DNA from: Aplysia californica
Taxonomy: Eukaryota
Assembly (NCBI RefSeq): GCF_000002075.1
Contig: NW_004797520.1
Coordinates: 242,088-302,984, forward strand
Direction of reading: 5' to 3'
DNA length: 60,897 bases
Part shown: positions 23,981 to 36,679 of the stretch, in pieces
Layout of the letters: each line of letters begins with the position of its first letter
Numbering within the stretch: the stretch's first letter is position 1
Translations under genes and position numbers: made by a program
Notes under the pieces: generated by a model
What the model was told of the DNA's origin: nothing
Seen by the model: only the letters and a program-made list of their open reading frames with translations
Databases searched by the model: none

Positions 23981-25199
23981 CACAGAAAGTATAAGGGCAT
24001 TGTCCACTTGGCACATCTTACTATGGGAGAAGAAGTGGTGGTGTGAAGAAGCTATAGATCTAGTCTTTGTTGATATTCCTTTATTGAAACTACTGCGTTT
24101 TTAAAGTAGTGTCTGCATGTTTCTGTTTGACTCAAAATGTTATTTAACACACTACACCCTAACTTGACCGCAAATTCTCGCTGCGACCAAGCATCTTTAG
24201 AAACCAGGTCTCGCTTTGACGACACTATGGAGCCGAGATTTTTATTTATATAGTTATTGCAAAATGTTTCTTCTTCCGTTTGATACCGAAACGAAATTTT
24301 TCGGGCCAGTCGAAGGTGTCTCGACTTGTTGAAAAGCAACACAACTGAGTTTGAATAAAGAAATAATGATGGATTTCAGCAAAAACAAGCATACGACAAA
24401 TCAGATATTGATGAAGACATTGTAGCAAGAGTTATGGGCGATTCAGATTTATCAGAGGTAGAATTTAGATCTAAGGCCGGGGTGAGAGTGATGGGTCAGA
24501 CTCCCCGATTGAACTAAAGTTAGAATATTTCCCACCGTTTGTGCATACATAGTTATATTTTTCTGAAATTACATTTAATTCTCTTTCTAACTAATTTTTT
24601 CTGGATTTTGGGAATTTTAGTATTTTTTAAACGCTTATATTCATGGGATTTGGGTTCCTTCCCCTTTCTTAGGATCTAGGAATGGACTTCCCGTCCAGGC
24701 CCTTTTCTAGTTATGTCCCTTTGCATAGTACTTGTGAAATGCCAGCGGGTAAGGCTTTGATAATCAGGGTGGAATGTGGAATTCTTTTTGTTTCATAAAT
24801 AGGCTACACTGTGTGTGCAGCATGGGTGAAAGTGACAAGAGACGATTTAGCCTCAAAATTCTGTTGTCAGAGAACTGATAACCTGAGAAGTTCATGGTAA
24901 ATTCCACGCAGCCTGAAAACATTAGGATCAACGCAAATCGCCTGTTTAGTGCTATACATGTAGCCTAGGCCTATCAATAATTTTCCAAGTACAGTTGTGC
25001 TCAGTATGACAAAAATACTATAGTTTGATCTCAAGTATTCTCAAGTTAATTGACCCACCTCTTTTTAATTGATCAACATGCTGCTCCTGTAAATGTCTGT
25101 CGAGTCGAGTTTGCAGAGTAGCCGGTCAGTGGATGAGGACAAAATCAGAAGTATAAGTATAATCCAGTGTTTGGGAGAAGCATAAAATCCATGTAGTCC

Positions 25200-25261
25200 A
25201 GAAAAGCATACACAGAGATCAGAAAAGCATACACAGAGATCAGAAAAGCATACACAGAGAT
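25200..25261. repeat. 21-bp tandem repeat x3
   Basis: AGAAAAGCATACACAGAGATC. Confidence 0.85.
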
Positions 25262-26615
25262 GCCAAATCTCCGGTTTTTTCCTACACTTGCAAAGGAAAG
25301 AGGAATGGTAAGAGAAATGTTTTTGTTTGCTCATTTTAAGATTTTACAAAGTACATTTTAGGTTGTTTTTTTTTTAAAAATCATTTGCAACACGATATGG
25401 TCATCATATCAGTGCCAAAGAATGGAAACAATTTTGACAAGCTTCTATGTAAATGTATGACTGCTGAACGAAATCTCTGTTGTTAATGGGTAAAGAAAGG
25501 GAATTTCTATCTTTTCAATGACAATCGAAGATTTTGGTTGAAATTATAATCCAGGTGTTTTTAGCTTTTTTCTTTTCCGTGATTCAAAGTACACGTGAGC
25601 TTTTTCTGCAGACGTTGGTGGCTTGATTGGTCTTGGGGAATGAATAGGCATTAGCATGATGGGTCTTGGGGAATGAACGCTTGCTTATCGTACGGTAGAG
25701 GGTCATCTCCTTCAGATGACAATGTGATACAAAGACGGGATATACGATTTTTACGCCGGTTTTGTCTTGTACATTAACACATAATTCCCTGGCTTTTTAA
25801 CTGGCATTTTGCATGTTTTTTAATTGTTGACAGCAATATTTTACTGACATGTCCATGCGAGATGGAATAAATTATTCTCTTATTGAAGCCCTGGACAATT
25901 TTGCCTTTTTCATTCATTGTTCTGCTTTTGTCAACATCTAATAACTTATTTTGACACAAAAGGGCCGCTCTTTTAAAAAAATGAAAAGTGATGATGATGA
26001 CCAATTAAAAATTTTAAGCAGCGATATATCAGATGATAGAGCCCTTCTAATTTTTGGTTGTTTTTTTTTTGTTGGTAGAATCAACCTTGCTCTAAGTCTA
26101 ACAAAACAAAACAAAAGAAGGCTCTATCTGTACTATATATCACTGTTTGGATCTGTTGCAGCAAGTTATGTATGTGTCACTGCAGTTAAATTTTTCATGG
26201 AATGGCCCAAAATGGCCTACTGAAGTTTTTCATTTTACAAACTTGAAAAACGATAAGACAAATCACGAGGGAGAGAACCAACAGAAAATGAAAAAAAAAC
26301 CTTCCTATCCCAAACCTGTCTTGGATACAGTTACTTGAGTGAGTTACTGAGGATTGTAAATGGTTTACAAAGTGATTGACTCACTTTAGATCAGTGAAGA
26401 AAAATTGTTGCTTCCACCTTGCCCTTCATCAGGATTAACCTGGAGTATGGGAAGTTGTAGAAAGATGCTGATATTACAGATAAGACCAGATGTTTTTTAA
26501 AATTGTCTGACTTGTACATATATTATGTCATTTTACATCTTGTACAAAAAGCATTAGTATTAGCCACTATGATCCAGACATTTTTGAGTCCCCGTACATC
26601 TCCATAGAGTTAAAA

Positions 26616-26680
26616 GGACGATAGATGTTTGATAGGAAAGAAGGAGCAAACCACACCGGAGCACCTGCCAACCACCCACG
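26616..26680 (-). mobile_element. Family A 5' fragment
   Basis: GGACGATAGATGTTTGATAGG..AACCACCCACG. Confidence 0.75.
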
Positions 26681-29600
26681 TCTATTGCGTAGTAAAAGGC
26701 AAATTAAAGAGCTTATGAACTTGACATTGAAAACACAACTGAACTAACACTTGTACTTATAATGGTAACATCCAAAAGAACAAGACCAAGGCCAATGAAA
26801 TAAGACTGCACATATATTTAATTCACAGGGAAAAAAAAAAAATAAAAACTTTGATAATTAATACAAAACCTACAGGTGATGAATGCTTTCAGTAAGATCA
26901 GCAGATCAAATTGTGTGTGGCCACCGACAGCTATACGACGATGTACCCATCGACCTCACTAGCAGCACAAGAAACATGTTGTGAAGCATGAGAACATTTG
27001 AGGGAGCTATGCTTCATAACTTGAGCGAAAAAGGAACAGAGCATTCCTTGCAAAAAGATATGATGGGACAAAATGAACGCATGTAATGAAGGTTTTATGA
27101 GTGCTTGACAAAATAAATGCTAGCGGAATGGCCATCAAAAAGATGTCAACTATGACTCGGGACGCAAAACCCGCGACAAAAATTACAAATGCAACTTCTG
27201 CTGCCTGTCAAATTGAGGCTTAAGCAGACAGGTACTAAGTAAATTTGCCCCTAAAAGTAAAATTTTCACAACAGATTTGATCCTTATTTAGCTCCTTTCA
27301 CTTCTTGACAATTTTGGTCCCGTGAATACATTCCCAGTTACTTCTATTTCTATGCTCAGTGGTCTTGGCTGCTCAATTCTTGACAAAGCGACATTACGTC
27401 ACAACTTTCTGTTCCCTGAAATAAAACAAAATCCCCCAAAACAAAACCAAAGGCTGTATTTAAATGTTTTCCCTATTTTATTATCACTTAAATAAAGAAT
27501 AGCATGCTGTCAGTTTTATTAGTATGCCTTCCGTACTTTTCCGGAATGCAAAAATTGACTCCATATATAAAGAGGAGCGTTCTCCATAACGAATGTGTGG
27601 GCATGAGGACCACACGGGCTTGAATTTCATATCTCTACTCTCATGGTAAAAAAAGTTTGATGCACTTGAAATCCTTATTGAAAATCTTGAAAGGAAGAGG
27701 GATCGTAAATCACCGGAAAAATGTACTTTTTGGGGCATCTATACATTGTAATAGAGGACCATTTTCAGAACTTGAGGCCCCCTTTTGAAGGGTCATAAAT
27801 GTCAAATGATTATCACATTTATCAGTGCAGAAAACAAATAGCTCTCACTCAAAGGCGAGGCACACACAGAGAGATTTATAAGCAAACATCTAAGATCATA
27901 AGACATGAGAAGACTCATAATATGTGAAACCAACATTTCTACAAATTAAACAATGAGGATGAAGAAAGATAGTACATAGTGATGCATTCAATCATTCATT
28001 CAGACAAATTGGCATTTCCCCCCCTAGCACAATAATAGGATACTGCATTCTATCTAAATATATCAACATGACATCACAAAAATGACAACTTTGCACATTG
28101 CCCGAAAAAGAAAACCATCATTCTATTCATATACATGTATATTATTATTATATATATATATATCTACACTAAAGGTACAGCTATGTTGAATGTACCGCTG
28201 ACATAGTAAGAGTAAGAGACAAAAAGCTGAACCCCCCCTCCCCCCCCCCCCCCAATCCATTCGTATTCATGATTCCAATAACCATGTTCAAATACAAAGA
28301 GAAAAAACAATAAAAGATTCTGCAGACTTTGGGAAGGAAAGAGGGGCAGGAGATGTTCCTTTCATGCAGTGGAGAGAGGTGAAATATGACCAGAAGAACA
28401 GTTGCCTCAAGTCTCTGTCAGACAAGTGCCATTCTGCAGGTTTTCCTCCCCCCCACCCCCCCTCCCTCTTGAATGTGCAGATCAAAAGTTGTTACCCAGC
28501 GACTTCATTCAACCCCCCCCCCCTCCTCCCAAGTTGCTGTAGTTATTTTTGCACCCACAAAAAGTGCATCAGATAGAAAATACCGGCTACTCTCGTACAA
28601 TGATAAATTTAAAAAATGATATGAAATGGGATCCAAACTTGTATTTTATTGAACAACTCCAGGAAACAGTCTTGAGTATCCATTTCATGCTGCCGAAACG
28701 AGAATTTCTTGACATAAACTCATAAACAAGACACTGATGAATGACAACTTAACGAGACACCAATGGAAAGTAAGCACCGCAGACCCAAGAGCGCACAATT
28801 CAAGCAGAACACAAAATGATGTTGATAAGTAAGCACCTGTAGGCCTACCTTGCACCTCAATGAAAATTAATTTCTGCTTACATTTTTCTGCCCACCAAAG
28901 CTCAAACTGTGCTGTAGCAAAACAGTTTACCTTACCGCAGAATGTTCAGTCAATCTGACTCAAATATGGAATGTGTCACAACTTACTTCAAGAGACTGCT
29001 CAAATATCAGGAAGATATGACTCTCGATTCTCCTCCCTATAATAAGAGGAGCCATAACTTTCAGGTAGCACAATAACAAACATTCTGAAACAATGTTCCA
29101 CGTGACCTGATTTTGTAGAATTATCTGAACGAAGCACACGTACTTACTTGCCAATCATAAGCTCTGGGTTTTTGGGTTTTATTTTCTCCTTTAGCTGCCA
29201 TGGGGTTACAAATTGCAATCTAATGTTATATATTATTCATATTATATTCAATTTTGTAACTGAGTGAGCAAAGTGAATAGGTTTATCACCACTTCATAAC
29301 CCTCACTGCTACAACTACAAGTAAGAATTTCATGCTTGAAATTCAGTTATCATCCTAAATGTAAAAATGCAACAACTGAGAAAATGTCCAATAATCCAAT
29401 AAAGGACACACCACAAGATACACTGGCATGTGATGTAACACAAGACTCAAGGATCCACGCGAGCAGACGGGTGACCTACTGGAACAGTCCAATGACCACT
29501 GGGGACCTGGCACGACCATGTTGGCCTACTGGTGCCCGGGACCCGAAAAACATGTACCGTTTTTTTTTTCTGGTACCTAAAAATCTTTGTAGCGTACGGG

Positions 29601-31639
29601 GAACCAACTTCAAATGTTTGTTTAACCAATTAGATACACACATTATTTCTAATCCCCCCCGTTCAACAACACCATTGTGAGTCAACTACCAGGGGTCAAA
29701 GAGCAACACCCTGAGTTGATCGAATTTCCAGCAACGATCAAAATGGCAGCCCACACAAAATCTGTCTAAATCTGAAGTGCAGCTATGAAGTCTTTCTTGA
29801 TGTATTTGTCCCATCATCATTGTTACTTGTTGGAAATCATTTTTCTTGATTAAGGATCATATCCAAAGTCATGGCAATAGTCAGTTTAAAAAAATATTTT
29901 CACAGTACCGAATCATCTTCAATTACATTTTAAAATAAACAGACCTATAAATCATTTTTGCACATTTGGTCCAAATGCATGTAGTTTGTGTACCTCTACA
30001 CAAATTGATTTGAGTTCATGCCAAGTAATACGCCTGTCCAGTTTTTCATTTCTGTGTGCTAATTTTCTTTTTATTTATAAAAAGATCCTGCATTTTCAGG
30101 GAAATTTTGGGGAAACAAAGTGGCGTCGTCAGTAAGTTAAGACTCCTCAAAATGAGCCCACAAATAAAGCACTGGAACTACATATAGTAGTCAGCAAAAA
30201 CATAATGTATTAAAAACATCGGCAGGTTTTGAGAGAAATTATCAGTTCATTTTCTAAGATATCTGTCACATATCACAAAAGAAGAAGTCTACATGTAATT
30301 ATCTGAATATCTTCTTTTCATCCACAAGCAATTGTAGGACAGGCTCTGACAATTTCTTTGAGCATTCATCAATCAATTCCTTTGATCGTAATTTTCCAAC
30401 AAGCAGTACCCATGCTCTTCAATCATGAAAAAAGTACAACTTTGAACAACGATGTCATCAAACAAAAAGTACTCCTTTACAAACTGTCTAGTGAGTGGCG
30501 TCCCAGTGACGGCAACAAATGCTGGAGCACAGAACGCACAATTTTCTACACGCCACACACACACACAGCATTGTTGACATTATTACCATGAATCTAACAA
30601 AGAAACATACATTTGAAGAAATAGACACAGATTCCACTATTTTTACGGCAGTCAAAATGCTTCAAGCTGAAAATACGGATTGTGAAACACTTCGTAACAG
30701 ACAAGTTCAGATAGCTTTATATCCTCATACTTATGAGCTCTTGACAAAAACATTTGACCAAACCACACACCCACAACTCACAGCCCAGCTTGACACGCAG
30801 GCCGTATGTCACACCCCTACATTCAGACCACACACAACCAGCTATCGTACATTTATTTAATATGGCATGCCTAAAACGCGCGCCCTTCTACGTAAAAAAT
30901 TTGCTCACATACACCACTAGATTCAACTAAGAGCAAGAAATACAAGTCATAATTATACATAATAATACATTAGAGCTATCAGATGGAAAAGTAGGCTACA
31001 ATTATAAACAAATGCTCTTTGGTAACAAAAATGGCCAGAAGCACATCCATCATGAGAATAAAATGATGCTCAAGATTAACAACAACAACAACAATAACAA
31101 CAAAAGCCAAGGAACATCCATAGAAACCCTAATAATAGCAATCATATGTGAGGAGCCGCTCACAATTCCGAGCCACGTTTATAAAGTCTGACGAGATAAT
31201 ATGTCCCCTGAACCCAGTACCAGTGTGCCAAACCCTTACTCATCTCTTTGATGACAACAAGACCACAACTTCCACCTATGTGATTCAGAAACTGTGAGGA
31301 ACAATGTATTTTTGCCATCACTGTCGACAGTTTCAGACTTCCTGAAGCTAAAAATCTATGAGGCCTTCAATGTTAAAATATAATTAGAGTAATAATTATC
31401 AAAACTATTGGTACAAAAAGGTAATTGACAAGAATGCTACATTTGCCACTGATATGGTTAAGGAAAGTTTGACAATTCCTGAGACAAAGAAAACGGTACC
31501 CCATCTTTTCGAGAAAAAAAAATTGCATCAGTTATGTTGTTGCCGTTATTTATCAAGTAGTAGTGAGTACCCCACAGCAACTTGCCCTTCGGCACATCAT
31601 CATGACATCACTTCTAAATTTCTAAGGCGCGCATTTTAA

Positions 31640-32213
31640 CCCTATCCGTACGCCTGGGGTCATTTTGTACCCTAGGGGGTGTATTCTTCACATTTTAGAA
31701 TACTTCTAGTGCGAAGATCTCTTTCAAACTTTCAGTATTTCTCAAAGAATCATTTTGACAGACTGCTATGCAAGGCGTAAGGATCTGATTAAAGAGTAAA
31801 TTTCCTCTTTGGAAAGTGGTGGCACAGAGTTCCTCACGTCATATGGATACGATAGTAAAACACGACGTACGGATAGGGTTAAGTGGCGGCACAGAGTTCC
31901 CCACGTCGTATGGATACGATAGTAAAACACGACGTACGGATAGGGTTAAGTGGTGGCACAGAGTTCCTCACGTCGTATGGATACGATAGTAAAACACGAC
32001 GTACGGATAGGGTTAAGTGGTGGCACAGAGTTCCCCACGTCGTATGGATACGATAGTAAAACACGACGTACGGATAGGGTTAAGTGGTGGCACAGAGTTC
32101 CTCACGTCGTATGGATACGATAGTAAAACACGACGTACGGATAGGGTTAAGTGGTGGCACAGAATTCCCCACGTCGTATGGATACGATAGTAAAACACGA
32201 CATACGGATAGGG
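31640..32213. mobile_element. piggyBac-like MITE with tandemly amplified right end
   Basis: Left end TTAA-CCCTATCCGTACG; right end CGTACGGATAGGG-TTAA present six times (last copy with one substitution). Confidence 0.75.
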
Positions 32214-32215
32214 TT
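31814..32215. repeat. Tandem array of 6 x 67 bp (134-bp higher-order dimer x3)
   Basis: Unit AAGTGGTGGCACAGAGTTCCYCACGTCGTATGGATACGATAGTAAAACACGACGTACGGATAGGGTT; T and C alternate between units. Confidence 0.95.
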
Positions 32216-33756
32216 AAAAAAAGGGTAAACCATTCGGATCGTACTCGACTTACTACAAACCCCTGGGGGGTCTCCATTGTACATGGTCCCCACATCTGGG
32301 CCTCTGAAATGTCACCGGTCTCTCTCTCGGAGTCTCTTCCTACACAAAGACTTATGATGATCCCCTCAGCCCTCCCAAGGAATCGACAGTTACCAATCCC
32401 ACCACCCAGCCCCTCTATACAAACGACAACTGATGGTGATGTACTCTACAGCTACCCCCCCCGCCCCAAAAAAAAAGAAAGGTAAATCATGACTAGACCC
32501 AATATCTTCCCTGTACTTTTTAGATTGAAGTTAAAGCACAAAAAAAACCCCATTGAGTCCTTGGGCAAACAGAAAAAAAAAAAAAGAGAGAGAGAGAGAA
32601 GAAAAAAGAGCCAAATCTATTCATATCATATATTTATAAATATGTACATGTAGTAAGTTTAAGAAGAAACAATTTTTTTGAACACATAAAGTCTTATACA
32701 CCATCACAGGTAGTAGAGGGATTTTTTTAAAGGACATACGGGGGTCCACAGCTAAAAAAACTTCAACAAAAGAAAATATGGAGTTTAATTCTTTTCACAA
32801 AATATCCGCGATTCTTCCCTTGCAACCACTCACTTTAAAAACTTTCCAATTTTACATCTTCTAAGCCCACACAAAAGCCAACAATTTCTTATAATTATAA
32901 AAAGAAAAAAGATGCCACCTTAGCAAGTTTCCTGGCTTGTACAAAGTTCAAACACCAGAGGTTTTGTAAGTATTGAAGCTACATGTCCCATGCACCAGGC
33001 CACAACAACCAATATTTATCCTCTAGGTTAGTTATCCTGAACAAACTAAATCTTTTTCACTGTTCATGATTCATTTTCAAAATCTTCTTCCAAAATTTGT
33101 GGAACTCTACTTCCAGGTATATCAAAAATTCCGCAGAAGAAGTTTACAGTCAATAACCATGACAACCAGAAGTCCAACAACTCTTCCCTGACATCCTTAA
33201 AACATGGTCAGCCTTTTGCACGGCTTTACACAGAATCAGAGCTAAAAAAAAGAATTAAAAAATTATAAATTGTTCAGTAGTGGACCCCTGTAAGGAGAAA
33301 ATAACTAGAGAAAACAGCACCAAAAACATTTTTCAAACTGAGCCACAAGATTTGTACATTATATTATATTATACACTTTCACAAAACCCAGTTTGAACAA
33401 TTTTAGCCCCACAGACAAAAGCACACAGACAGACAGATAAGTTTGAGTTGTACGGACGCAGTGCTCAACATTTGTGATTTTAATTTGGACGACGTACCTC
33501 CCACAGACAGAGCTACATTTACACCAGTGAGCCATTCCTGTTAATCCCTTACGACAGATGGAAGGGCAAAATGTGTCCTTTTTGATGAGTAGGGGGTCAC
33601 CATGAGTCAGCAAAACATCACTTGGCTACATTTTGATTTGTGAAAAAATTCAAACTTCCAAAGACAGTTTTAGTAAAGGGCGGCCTCCCCATCAATCTCT
33701 TCCGACATCTGCCCCGAAGCACATCAGATGTTCACGACTCCTTGGGACAAACAAGT

Positions 33757-33934
33757 CTGTCCGCGTGGTTTTATGCACCCCGCACAATTTAGCAAATTAT
33801 GATCAATTTTTGCATAATTTCTCAGTATTTTCCTTTATCATTCTTTGTTAAAATTAACAGAATCGCATAATTTCATATTGTGGGCTCAGTTTGCTTAATT
33901 CCAGAATTTTTCTTGCATAAAACGATGGGGACAG
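33757..33934. mobile_element. ~175-bp MITE with CTGTCC..GGACAG ends and 6-bp TSD, copy 1
   Basis: TSD ACAAGT/ACAAGT. Confidence 0.82.
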
Positions 33935-34205
33935 ACAAGTTGCTGCAGTGCACTAACTAGTGATGACCTAGATGCACTTGGCAAATTACTACAAAGTACA
34001 AGTAGTTCCTACTTCTACCGACACAAAACAAGTGTCCACTGGACAGGGTCATCAACAGTTGAAGCTGTTCATTTATTGCACATTTTACTTTCAACAAACA
34101 ACAGTTTCCCCTGTACAGCCAAACTCCCATTGTGTAACAATGTCGTCAGACCAGACTTTCAAGTTCATTGAATCTGCATGTTCGCTATCAGAGAAAGATG
34201 CGACT

Positions 34206-34367
34206 TGTTTTAGCAAGAGTTTTACGGCACTTGCAACACAATAAGGTCATATAAGTGCTGAAGATTAGAGGTGTTACAAGAGAGTAACAAACACAAAAAA
34301 GAAGGACGATAGATGTTTGATAGGAAAGTAGGAGCAAACCACACCAGAGCACCCACCAACCACCCGC
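34206..34367 (-). mobile_element. Family A retroposon
   Basis: Reverse-complement match; TSD AAAGATGYGACT. Confidence 0.85.
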
Positions 34368-35052
34368 TAAAGATGTGACTAACGTGGGCATTTCTTCCTT
34401 GATAATGATAGGGATGTCTATTCTGAATGTATTACGATGCAAGTATAAAAGGAAAACACCAATGGTACCCAGAGCGCTTGCTCGTATGAGCAGTCGCTAC
34501 TTCCCACTGCACAGCCACAGGACAGTACAGCTGGGCTTGCCTGGGTTCAGGGACTTGACACAATTACTTTTTTCCCTTGACAAAGGTAACAAAACGTTAT
34601 TCTAGATTCCAAAACAGCCCACTACGATAAAATGATTGCCCACCATTTCTAGCCATTTCAACAACAAAATTTAGCTCCACTTTGAAGAAGCGACAAGCCA
34701 CAGTTAACCCTTTAGTTCACTTATTCAGTGTCGTTTTCCTTGCTTACTATGACTCATGATGACCTGTCGACTTTGTCAGCGTTTTTCTGTCCCAGTGCAG
34801 CTGGCTTCCAGTGGCAGAGACACTGTGTTGCAGAGTAGCTACGATCAATTATTTCTCTACACTACAAAGAAAAACGAGTTCCTGCAAACAAGGGGGAAGT
34901 AACCGTGCGATTCGTCCCAACATGAAAAAACTTGAGACCACATCCAATCCAATTACTGACGAACGCCAGGGGTAAAAAAACCAAACCAACAATAACCACA
35001 TCATAATCTGTGCAACACTCAGCGGCCTTTACACAAACACATCACATCATTT

Positions 35053-35297
35053 GGTCGCTTTTAAGGACAAGCGGACTAACCCAGATTTTGGGAGTTTCCA
35101 GAAATCTTGACCTACACCAAAAGTGGGCATTGCCCTACCTATAGGAGAAGTTTTGTTTCAATGGTGTGTATATTTATTTAGTTATAGAGAAAACTCTCCT
35201 TGTCTTTTAAAGAAGCTGACCAAGGGGCAAAAACTTTACCTTCGATTTTCTTTAAACAGCATTTTTCGGGATAGCCCCCTTGTGCTTAAAAGCGATC
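35053..35297. mobile_element. MITE, TTAA-flanked (Kolobok-like), copy 2
   Basis: Reverse complement of 3707..3954 over its full length. Confidence 0.75.
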
Positions 35298-35393
35298 AAT
35301 TACAGCCCTGTCATAACATGTCTCCCTGTACATCATCACAACAACGCAGTCCTTGCCTGCTCCCCCCACCCCACCCCCCGCCCCCAAACAGTC

Positions 35394-35729
35394 NNNNNNN
35401 NNNNNNNNNNNNNNNNNNNNNNNNNNNNNNNNNNNNNNNNNNNNNNNNNNNNNNNNNNNNNNNNNNNNNNNNNNNNNNNNNNNNNNNNNNNNNNNNNNNN
35501 NNNNNNNNNNNNNNNNNNNNNNNNNNNNNNNNNNNNNNNNNNNNNNNNNNNNNNNNNNNNNNNNNNNNNNNNNNNNNNNNNNNNNNNNNNNNNNNNNNNN
35601 NNNNNNNNNNNNNNNNNNNNNNNNNNNNNNNNNNNNNNNNNNNNNNNNNNNNNNNNNNNNNNNNNNNNNNNNNNNNNNNNNNNNNNNNNNNNNNNNNNNN
35701 NNNNNNNNNNNNNNNNNNNNNNNNNNNNN
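35394..35729. other. Assembly gap (336 N), likely hiding the last TAF3 coding exon
   Basis: N run; the second half of the PHD was not found elsewhere. Other gaps: 37307..37411 and 58965..59064. Confidence 0.8.
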
Positions 35730-36335
35730 CACACAGCACTTTACTTTACACACACATACACAGGGCATGCAAGAAAAAACACACAAGACTTTACTTTACA
35801 CACACAGGGGCTGGAAGGAAAGAACACACACAGCACTTTACTTTACACACACATACACAGGGCATGCAAGAAAAAACACACAAGACTTTACTTTACACAC
35901 ACAGGGGCTGGAAGGAAAGAACACACACAGCACTTTACTTTACACACACATACACAGGGCATGCAAGAAAGAACACACAAGACTTTACTTTACACACACA
36001 CACACACATGGGCTGGAAGTAAGGAACACATAAAACTTTACTTTACACACACATGGCCTGGAAGGAAAGAACACACAAGACTTTACACACACAGGGGCTG
36101 GAAGGAAAGAACAGACACAGCACTTTACTTTACACACACACACAGAGCATGCAAGAAAGAACACACAAGACTTTACTTTACACACACACACAGGGGCTGG
36201 AAGAAAAAACACACAAGACTTTACTTTACACACACACAGGGGCTGGAAGGAAAGAACACACGCAGCACTTTACTTTACACACACACACACACACAAGACT
36301 TTACTTCACACACACACACACACATCCACAGGGCC
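35730..36335. repeat. Compound CA-rich minisatellite next to an N-gap
   Basis: Alternating units ..CTTTACTTTACACACAC.. / GGGGCTGGAAGGAAAGAAC / GGGCATGCAAGAAA. Confidence 0.92.
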
Positions 36336-36346
36336 TGAAAGAAAGC

Positions 36347-36513
36347 TTAGTTTTAGTAAGAGTATTACGGCACTTGCAACACAATAAGCTCATACAAGTG
36401 CCGAAGATTAGAGGTGTTACAAGAGAAACAAACATTTTTAAAAAAAATATTTGAAAAGGAGGAGAGATCAGGATGATAGATGTTTGATAGGAAAGAAGGA
36501 GCAAACCACACCA
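36347..36513 (-). mobile_element. Family A retroposon
   Basis: Reverse-complement match. Confidence 0.82.
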
Positions 36514-36578
36514 GCTTCGTTAACACCGTTTTTAAAAAAAAGAGTCTGGCAATCCGCGCGGACTGAAGCACAACTCAC

Positions 36579-36679
36579 CAGTGGTACCAGTTATCACATG
36601 TGTCACAGCCAATCATCTCACTCCCGTCATCCTGTAGCTTGCACGCCGGACAGATCCACACCTTCTGGCCCGAGTCATC
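36579..36679 (-). CDS. TAF3: TAF3 coding exon 8 (first half of PHD finger)
   Basis: DDSGQKVWICPACKLQDDGSEMIGCDTCDNWYHW; GTGAGT donor. Confidence 0.93.

Noticed and set aside
31814-32215. Regular array resembling a CRISPR locus
   Set aside because: Units are contiguous, near-identical 67-mers with no unique spacers; there are no cas genes and the context is eukaryotic.
35123-36454. Long ORFs of 130-350 aa
   Set aside because: Artefacts of the N-gap and the CA-rich minisatellite.
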